From: Sphyrna mokarran
Lineage: Eukaryota
Direction of reading: 5' to 3'
NCBI GenBank assembly: GCA_024679065.1
Contig: JAGIQG010000008.1
Span: forward strand, 53,630,001 to 53,694,000
DNA: 64,000 nt
In this document: in pieces, positions 60,701-64,000 of the stretch
Layout of the letters: every line of letters starts with the position of its first letter
How positions within the stretch are numbered: the first letter of the stretch is position 1
Position numbers and translations under genes: made by a program
The notes under the pieces: generated by a model
What the model was told of the DNA's origin: nothing
What the model saw: only the letters and a program-made list of their open reading frames with translations
The model's database searches: none

Positions 60701-63352
60701 ATTGGAAAGAGCCGGGGCTGTTGAAACAGGAGGCTGAGCTGTGACAGTCGTGGCTTCCACTTTGACATTCATCCACATCTGAAATTGGGAAGAAAGGATG
60801 AGTTCATTGGAAGATCCCCAGATTTGTCAATCTTAAACTTTCGACGTATGTCCAGATTTAGGCTTGAAACATATGACCTTTATAAAGGATGAATTGGTCC
60901 AATCTGTTGTTTCAATGGCCAAAGGCTCACATGCTCACTATAGGAAACTCCCAGTTTCCCTTCTTGCTCTGCACTGTGTTACTGAACTCAGATAGTGCAG
61001 CAGCTGGGTGTTAGAAATGATCTCTGACCTCTCTGGCTCGGAGACAAAATCATCAATCATTCCTACTCCTGATTGGAGCCCAGTTACTCCAACTGGAAAA
61101 TGTATGTCTGCAAACACAGAATGAGGACAGAATCAGATCCAGTTGTTGGACTCATTCAGAAAGGGTCGGATATTCTGGCCGTGCTCACCCCAAAACTAGA
61201 AAAGCCCGCTCGAGATCAATGAATCTTTGCATGGTCCTTGTCTTGCCCACTACAATTCCTGTGGTGGGTCAGATGGTATAATTCCACCCATGTTGTCTGT
61301 GATGATATTTGAAGAATTATTTTGGTGGGATCTGTGTAACTGTATCCCACCAAGGACAGAGTCAATGGTATCAGTGGGTGAATACTCTGCTGAAATGGAG
61401 GGGGTATCAGTAACCCTACTGTGTATCCTCTTAGAGCAAGGTTCTTCCAATTCCCTCAGCAGGTTCTGACTGCTCTTCAACAATTCAAATCTTTATTTCG
61501 AGCTTATATCCAAAAAGAATGAAAGGCAATTTTGAACATGAGTCGTGAAGGGTCATTCCACACGTTCCAGATATATATGTTTCTCTCATCTTCCTGAGCA
61601 GGACATAATTTAACAGATAGACCCTGATATCTTCATAAAGTCATAATTCTTCATGTATGAAGGTGGCCTCTTTCAATATAATGTTTGTCTGTTCATATTA
61701 AAAGTTTCATCATCAATAAAGCAAACTCCAGAACTCATACCCTGATCCCACCTGTGCCCCGCTCTGGTTTGGAACTTGACAATGTCCTGTATGGAAGCAG
61801 TAAGTTCAGTTCATTGCCCAACGAGTTCAATGATTCCCATCACACACCTGTACAGACAGATCCATTCCAGGTGTAGCCAGTCACACAGGAGCATCTGAAA
61901 CTTCCGTCCTGCTGGGTACAGGAGGCATTGGGTCCACACGGATTGTTCACACACAAATCAACAACTGCAGATAGGAAACGCATGAGATGCTTTAGGGAAA
62001 TTACAATATTTCTGAATGGAATCCAAAGATCTGGGACTGTGGTGGCAAAGTTGTTGTTCTTAAAGATCAAGAGGAAATTCAAACAATGACAGGAAGAAAA
62101 CAAATCTGGAGCCTCTGAAATACATCAAGCATCTCTCACGTTTTCGGTGGGAGATTTGTGGAACACTCACACTTCTCTCTGAGCTAATGTAGAATCACAG
62201 AGTGCTTACACTCAAAATATTGCTTTTTAGCCCACTGAGCCTGTGCCAGCTACTGGAACGAGAATGTAGTTAATCTTACTTTACTGGCATAAGGCTGTGT
62301 GGCCCTTTATCACATTCAGTTTACTGCCTGAATGGCTGTAGATTAGGAGAGGGAACCTGGGTATCCTTATGCATCAGTCGTTGATAGTAACCATACAGGT
62401 ACAGAAGGTGGTAAAGAAGGCAAATGCTATGTTGACCTTCATTACAAGAGGTTTCAAGCACAGGGGCAGGGAATGTGTTTTTGCAATTATGTAGGGCTTT
62501 GGTGAGGCCACATCAAGAATATTAGTCTCCTTTTCTGAGGAAGAATATTCTTGCTCTCAAGGGAGTGCATCGAAGGTTTACCAGGCTGATTCCGGGGATG
62601 GCAGGATTGATGTATGAGAAATTGACTAGGCTGGAGTTCAGACGAATGGGGGAGAATCTGATAGAGACTTATAAAATTCTAACAGAATTAGACAGGGTAG
62701 ATGCATGGAGGATATTCCCAACAGTGGGGGAGTCCACTCACCTAATGAATGGGCAAAGCCCTGAAAGCTAGTGGCTTTTGCTACCAAATAAACCTGTTGG
62801 ACTTTAACCTGGTGTTGTGAGACTTCTTACTGGGGGAGTCCAGAATCAGGGGTCACATTCTGAGGATTCGGAGAAGATCATTTAGGACAGAGGTGAGGAG
62901 ATATTCCTGCACTCAAAGAGTGGTGAGACTGTGGAACTCATTACCACAAGAAGTAGTTGATGCCAAAACACTGAATGTATTCAGGAGGCATCTAGATATA
63001 GCACTTGGAGGCAGGATTAGGCTATTAAGTCGGGGACCTTCAGCCATGATTGTAATGAATGGCAGAACAGGCTTGAAGTACCAAATGGTCTCTCCTGCTC
63101 CAATCTTCCATGTTTCTATGTTTTTATCTTATCCCCATAGTCCTGGAATATCTTTCCCTTCAGTCAATTACCAATTTATATTGAAGGTCAGTCATCTGTA
63201 CAATTCTTTCTATCTGAAAAAGGTCAACAGTGTCGAATGTTAACAATACTTACAGCTTTTGGTTTGAAAATACAACATTGAACTAATGTCCTTTTCTCCA
63301 GACACGGTTTTCACAGCAACAGTGACAACGTATGGGGTTGACTCATTCAGAT
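665..63352 (-). CDS. Internal part of a giant multi-exon extracellular protein gene: tandem cbEGF/EGF arrays separated by FN3 domains (both ends outside window)
   Basis: 58 apparently intact AG/GT-bounded phase 1-1 exons (32 type A, 21 type B, 5 FN3 halves) join into one open frame of ~2,360 aa; six-cysteine EGF spacing and FN3 W/Y/L-x-P-x-T-x-Y motifs. Confidence 0.9.
992..1108 (-). CDS. EGF type B exon 1
   Basis: 117 nt, [19 protein letters not shown]...GSVCT. Confidence 0.88.
1723..1845 (-). CDS. EGF type A exon 2
   Basis: 123 nt, AG/GT, 6 Cys. Confidence 0.9.
2431..2568. mobile_element. MITE-like element carried in one intron subtype (further copies near 7472, 29197, 40693, 48052, 49673, 51313, 58370, 59984)
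   Basis: Imperfect ~18-bp terminal inverted repeats tggctgcaattttccagc / gctgggaaattctggcca; absent from the sister intron subtype. Confidence 0.5.
3168..3284 (-). CDS. EGF type B exon 2
   Basis: 117 nt, AG/GT, 6 Cys. Confidence 0.88.
3788..3910 (-). CDS. EGF type A exon 3
   Basis: 123 nt, AG/GT, 6 Cys. Confidence 0.9.
4645..4761 (-). CDS. EGF type B exon 3
   Basis: 117 nt, AG/GT, 6 Cys. Confidence 0.88.
5562..5684 (-). CDS. EGF type A exon 4
   Basis: 123 nt, AG/GT, 6 Cys. Confidence 0.9.
5890..6006 (-). pseudogene. EGF type B pseudo-exon 4 (donor GT>CT)
   Basis: ACAG|CTGTGT instead of ACAG|GTGTGT; extra substitutions ([12 protein letters not shown]). Confidence 0.75.
6620..6742 (-). CDS. 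EGF type A exon 5
   Basis: 123 nt, AG/GT, 6 Cys. Confidence 0.88.
7195..8081. repeat. ~250-bp inverted repeat (arms ~7195-7448 and ~7836-8081)
   Basis: Left arm holds a plus-strand half copy of exon B with its acceptor; right arm holds an inverted intron piece inside exon B. Confidence 0.9.
7779..8010 (-). pseudogene. EGF type B pseudo-exon 5, interrupted
   Basis: Net +115-nt inverted insertion (7840-7955) shifts the frame; Cys2>Phe (NPFGLSISC). Confidence 0.88.
8505..8627 (-). CDS. EGF type A exon 6
   Basis: 123 nt, consensus sequence. Confidence 0.9.
9319..9435 (-). CDS. EGF type B exon 6
   Basis: 117 nt, AG/GT. Confidence 0.88.
9942..10064 (-). CDS. EGF type A exon 7
   Basis: 123 nt, TAG/GT. 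Confidence 0.9.
10645..11039. mobile_element. Penelope-like (PLE) derived insertion with inverted ends
   Basis: ~165-bp inverted arms (10680-10845 / 10880-11039) ending agtaagaagtctcacaacaccaggttaaa; hammerhead-like cores; absent from the paralogous site near 61340. Confidence 0.65.
11585..11701 (-). CDS. EGF type B exon 7
   Basis: 117 nt, AG/GT, QQDG variant. Confidence 0.88.
12777..12875 (-). CDS. FN3 domain 2, C-terminal half exon
   Basis: 99 nt, phase 1-1, [15 protein letters not shown]...FQTKS; polypyrimidine-CAG acceptor and GTAAGT donor. Confidence 0.88.
13718..13906 (-). CDS. FN3 domain 2, N-terminal half exon
   Basis: 189 nt, [19 protein letters not shown]...YSISY...TSVILT; AG/GT. 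Confidence 0.9.
14012..14110 (-). CDS. FN3 domain 1, C-terminal half exon
   Basis: 99 nt, [14 protein letters not shown]...VTTLP; AG/GT. Confidence 0.9.
15041..15420 (-). mobile_element. Degenerate DeuSINE (SacSINE1-like)
   Basis: Recognised from memory by the segment cagcaagatc..cagcaatgaga..tgaccaga.aatctgtttt; an inverted relative lies at ~16221-16690. Confidence 0.55.
15632..15927 (-). mobile_element. HE1/V-SINE tRNA-derived SINE
   Basis: Minus strand starts ggcacagtagcacagtggttagca (A box) ... cccgggttcaattcc (B box), then V-domain gtggagttttcacattctcccc. Confidence 0.75.
16221..16690 (+). mobile_element. Degenerate DeuSINE (SacSINE1-like), interrupted near 16480-16567
   Basis: ctccagagact.gag..caaaatc...gctgacact, tctctggtgtactggccaacattcatccctca; reverse-complement similarity to 15041-15420. 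Confidence 0.55.
16800..16982 (-). CDS. FN3 domain 1, N-terminal half exon
   Basis: 183 nt, [22 protein letters not shown]...SLHY...TETLIT; TAG/GTAAG. An alternative in-frame CAG lies 12 nt inside. Confidence 0.85.
17492..17614 (-). CDS. EGF type A exon 8
   Basis: 123 nt, consensus. Confidence 0.9.
19175..19291 (-). CDS. EGF type B exon 8
   Basis: 117 nt, AG/GT. Confidence 0.88.
20361..20533. mobile_element. Short PLE-derived palindromic insertion with 13-bp target-site duplication
   Basis: 65-bp arms 20361-20425 / 20435-20499; aagattcaaagtt repeated at 20349-20361 and 20534-20546; no insertion in the paralog near 37010. Confidence 0.75.
20684..20706 (-). pseudogene. Truncated type A exon remnant (3' end plus donor)
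   Basis: cagttacctgtacaatttcttacatctcca then an abrupt switch to intron sequence. Confidence 0.75.
20800..20922 (-). CDS. EGF type A exon 9
   Basis: 123 nt, CKTGYAG variant. Confidence 0.88.
21660..22335 (-). mobile_element. Old degenerate CR1-like LINE fragment with nested PLE-derived piece (~22075-22253)
   Basis: Decayed RT C-terminal similarity; paralog at ~27010-27612. Confidence 0.55.
22166..22204 (-). ncRNA. Candidate minimal type I hammerhead ribozyme (PLE type)
   Basis: UUCAC CUGAAGA A GGC-GAUAAUA-GCC GAAA GCUC GCGAG: core boxes intact, 3-bp stem II, stem I with one mismatch. Confidence 0.5.
22588..22710 (-). CDS. EGF type A exon 10
   Basis: 123 nt, AG/GT. Confidence 0.9.
23213..23335 (-). 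CDS. EGF type A exon 11
   Basis: 123 nt, AG/GT. Confidence 0.9.
23548..25870 (-). mobile_element. Old degenerate CR1-group LINE, split by a younger insertion
   Basis: Minus-strand RT motifs [10 protein letters not shown] (~25630-25660) and MFADD (~25557-25572); sequence is continuous across the nested element. Confidence 0.75.
24315..25536 (+). mobile_element. Young 5'-truncated CR1 LINE; ORF2 reverse-transcriptase C-terminal fragment (ORF 24330-25445, 371 aa)
   Basis: [43 protein letters not shown]; no stops; (TGTTCTA)n tail; atgat duplicated at both flanks. Confidence 0.95.
26518..27612. repeat. ~490-bp inverted duplication of a degenerate CR1 fragment (arms ~26518-27005 / ~27113-27612)
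   Basis: gttgtaacttggatgtgtaattggtt... versus ...aaccaattacacatccaagttacaac; the paralog at 21.7-22.3 kb has only one arm. Confidence 0.88.
27862..27984 (-). CDS. EGF type A exon 12
   Basis: 123 nt, AG/GT. Confidence 0.9.
28483..28605 (-). CDS. EGF type A exon 13
   Basis: 123 nt, AG/GT. Confidence 0.9.
29514..29636 (-). CDS. EGF type B exon 9, acceptor shifted 6 nt upstream
   Basis: Canonical CAG>CAA; in-frame TAG 6 nt upstream gives a 123-nt exon. Confidence 0.7.
29790..30525 (+). mobile_element. Rex1/Babar-type LINE 3' fragment, degenerate
   Basis: [10 protein letters not shown]...[16 protein letters not shown]...[16 protein letters not shown]...[10 protein letters not shown]; (aaatc)n tail. 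Confidence 0.8.
30878..31000 (-). CDS. EGF type A exon 14
   Basis: 123 nt, AG/GT. Confidence 0.9.
31766..31882 (-). CDS. EGF type B exon 10
   Basis: 117 nt, TAG/GT. Confidence 0.88.
32697..32819 (-). CDS. EGF type A exon 15
   Basis: 123 nt, consensus. Confidence 0.9.
34486..34602 (-). CDS. EGF type B exon 11
   Basis: 117 nt, AG/GT. Confidence 0.88.
35113..35235 (-). CDS. EGF type A exon 16
   Basis: 123 nt, AG/GT. Confidence 0.9.
36816..36835 (-). pseudogene. Deleted type B exon remnant
   Basis: tgtacagacagattcattc joined to sequence matching ~20152 onward of the paralog. Confidence 0.75.
37163..37285 (-). CDS. EGF type A exon 17
   Basis: 123 nt, AG/GT. Confidence 0.9.
38160..38276 (-). 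CDS. EGF type B exon 12
   Basis: 117 nt, AG/GT. Confidence 0.88.
38523..38645 (-). CDS. EGF type A exon 18
   Basis: 123 nt, AG/GTAAGT. Confidence 0.9.
39374..39490 (-). pseudogene. EGF type B pseudo-exon 13 (acceptor CAG>TGG)
   Basis: atatccatgg|TTATT instead of atatccacag|; NKPCGPIA substitutions. Confidence 0.75.
39990..40112 (-). CDS. EGF type A exon 19
   Basis: 123 nt, AG/GT. Confidence 0.9.
41002..41118 (-). CDS. EGF type B exon 14
   Basis: 117 nt, AG/GT. Confidence 0.88.
41615..41737 (-). CDS. EGF type A exon 20
   Basis: 123 nt, AG/GT. Confidence 0.9.
42618..42740 (-). CDS. EGF type B exon 15, acceptor shifted 6 nt upstream
   Basis: CAG>CAA; in-frame TAG upstream. Confidence 0.7.
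43567..43689 (-). CDS. EGF type A exon 21
   Basis: 123 nt, AG/GTAAGT. Confidence 0.9.
44441..44557 (-). CDS. EGF type B exon 16
   Basis: 117 nt, AG/GT. Confidence 0.88.
45030..45152 (-). CDS. EGF type A exon 22
   Basis: 123 nt, AG/GT. Confidence 0.9.
45892..46008 (-). CDS. EGF type B exon 17
   Basis: 117 nt, AG/GT. Confidence 0.88.
46515..46637 (-). CDS. EGF type A exon 23
   Basis: 123 nt, AG/GT. Confidence 0.9.
46808..47660 (-). mobile_element. 5'-truncated CR1 LINE
   Basis: ORF 47129-47602 [15 protein letters not shown]...RPRLEYCVQ; TGTTCTA tail at ~46810. Confidence 0.9.
48367..48483 (-). pseudogene. EGF type B pseudo-exon 18
   Basis: Acceptor CAG>CTG, 1-nt loss at the donor, Cys2>Arg. 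Confidence 0.85.
48974..49096 (-). CDS. EGF type A exon 24
   Basis: 123 nt, AG/GT. Confidence 0.9.
49985..50101 (-). CDS. EGF type B exon 19
   Basis: 117 nt, AG/GT. Confidence 0.88.
50598..50720 (-). CDS. EGF type A exon 25
   Basis: 123 nt, AG/GT. Confidence 0.9.
51624..51746 (-). CDS. EGF type B exon 20, acceptor shifted 6 nt upstream
   Basis: CAG>CAA; in-frame TAG upstream. Confidence 0.68.
52480..52602 (-). CDS. EGF type A exon 26
   Basis: 123 nt, AG/GT. Confidence 0.9.
53369..53485 (-). CDS. EGF type B exon 21
   Basis: 117 nt, AG/GT. Confidence 0.88.
53976..54098 (-). CDS. EGF type A exon 27
   Basis: 123 nt, AG/GT. Confidence 0.9.
54577..54597. repeat. Poly-C tract (C21)
   Basis: Direct count. 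Confidence 0.9.
54847..54963 (-). CDS. EGF type B exon 22
   Basis: 117 nt, AG/GT. Confidence 0.88.
55471..55593 (-). CDS. EGF type A exon 28
   Basis: 123 nt, AG/GT. Confidence 0.9.
55763..56228 (-). mobile_element. CR1 LINE 3' fragment (paralog of 46808-47660, cut short by a deletion)
   Basis: (agaacat)3 tail; [32 protein letters not shown]. Confidence 0.9.
56434..56550 (-). pseudogene. EGF type B pseudo-exon 23
   Basis: Acceptor CAG>CGG, donor GT>CT, Cys6>Ser. Confidence 0.88.
57057..57179 (-). CDS. EGF type A exon 29
   Basis: 123 nt, consensus. Confidence 0.9.
57661..57783 (-). CDS. EGF type A exon 30
   Basis: 123 nt, AG/GT. Confidence 0.9.
58674..58790 (-). CDS. EGF type B exon 24
   Basis: 117 nt, AG/GT. 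Confidence 0.88.
59275..59397 (-). CDS. EGF type A exon 31
   Basis: 123 nt, DVDEC variant. Confidence 0.9.
60293..60409 (-). CDS. EGF type B exon 25
   Basis: 117 nt, AG/GT. Confidence 0.88.
60656..60778 (-). CDS. EGF type A exon 32
   Basis: 123 nt, DVDEC variant. Confidence 0.9.
61848..61964 (-). CDS. EGF type B exon 26
   Basis: 117 nt, AG/GT. Confidence 0.88.
62312..63122 (+). mobile_element. Degenerate CR1 LINE 3' fragment
   Basis: [29 protein letters not shown]; tttatc at both flanks; absent at the paralogous site ~12040. Confidence 0.85.
62737..62830 (+). mobile_element. Short PLE-terminus insertion nested in CR1
   Basis: 12-bp target-site duplication tgggggagtcca (62725-62736, 62831-62842); matches 10945-11039. 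Confidence 0.75.
63254..63352 (-). CDS. FN3 C-terminal half exon (paralog of 12777-12875)
   Basis: 99 nt, [42 protein letters not shown]; not in the ORF track. Confidence 0.88.
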
Positions 63353-64000
63353 CTGTTAAAGGAAAATAACCAGATACATTATCACTTAGGTCCCATTTTA
63401 AAGTGGATCCAGATTTAAGGTCAATGGTAAAAGACCCAAAAAGAAAATGAGCGCCACATTAGTTAAGATCTGGAATGTGCTGCCTGAGAATGTGATGGAG
63501 TCAGTCAAATTGTAGGATTTAACAGGATATTGTAATGTGATCATCACTTCCACAGCAATGGACAGAACAACTCATGCAGCTGATAGTGGCTGGAGTTCTT
63601 CATGGAGATGGTACAGTTCCCATATTGCTCCTTCACAGAAACATATTTTTCCCAATCAGATACCGTCACTGGTATATTAAGTTCTGCATGACTAGAAATT
63701 ATTTCTGTTTTCATATATTGTGGATTGTGTATCTTTCTCTTATGCTGCCTCATTTTCTATTCTTCCCTCATGCAATGAAATTCTGCATGATCCTTTAAAA
63801 TCTCAAACTGGCAAATAAACACTGGGAATTCCATATGTGGTTCCCTGAACTGCAACAATCATTTTATGCTCAGGTCCAAAGTAAAGCAGTTCTATTGGTG
63901 TTGCCAATAGACATGACATTTAACTGATACGCACTCCACTACAATGGAAATTTAAATCGCAGGTCAACGACATGCAAGCACTTCCTTTTTAATGAACTTT

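Noticed and set aside
665-61964. CRISPR-like array of conserved repeats with variable spacers
   Set aside because: The repeats are 117-123-nt spliceosomal exons, the spacers are mutually homologous introns, the context is eukaryotic, and there are no cas genes
665-61964. Dscam-style mutually exclusive exon clusters or an antigen-receptor/VLR-like cassette library
   Set aside because: Copies are homogenised rather than diversified and A/B are interleaved. I saw no docking/selector pairing and no heptamer-spacer-nonamer RSS at exon edges; scattered cacagtg lack nonamers in the cases examined
665-63352. Naming the gene FBN, NOTCH, UMODL1, ADGRE or TNX
   Set aside because: No diagnostic TB, LNR, ZP, SEA, GAIN or fibrinogen domain is in the window, so no symbol was assigned
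1606-63798. Numerous 60-150 aa plus-strand ORFs
   Set aside because: Antisense shadows of exons or chance ORFs in repeated introns. Frames are not conserved between paralogous copies

Overview
This is eukaryotic, intron-rich DNA. The HE1/V-SINE, DeuSINE, CR1, Rex1/Babar and Penelope-type repeats point to a cartilaginous fish (shark); that assignment is an inference. The whole window is the interior of one very large minus-strand gene, with no start, signal peptide, TM segment or stop visible. It is built from symmetric phase 1-1 exons. There are 32 intact copies of a 123-nt calcium-binding EGF exon (type [42 protein letters not shown]). There are 26 copies of a 117-nt EGF exon (type [19 protein letters not shown][VN/QD][19 protein letters not shown]); five are splice-dead or disrupted and three use an acceptor shifted by 6 nt. 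Five half-domain exons encode fibronectin type III. Transcript order is FN3 half, 41 EGF, 2 FN3, then at least 12 EGF, about 2,360 aa if all intact exons are joined. Repeats are nested: ~1.5-kb A/B units, ~5 and ~9-kb higher-order blocks, and a ~50.5-kb super-repeat. EGF exons are far more homogeneous than the introns or the duplicated FN3 exon. Other notable items are foldback inversions, deletion remnants, an acceptor fused in frame to a CR1 ORF2 fragment, and Penelope-type minimal hammerhead motifs. Most ORFs in the supplied track are shadow frames. All coordinates were counted by hand. Exon edges were checked against GT/AG; repeat edges are approximate.
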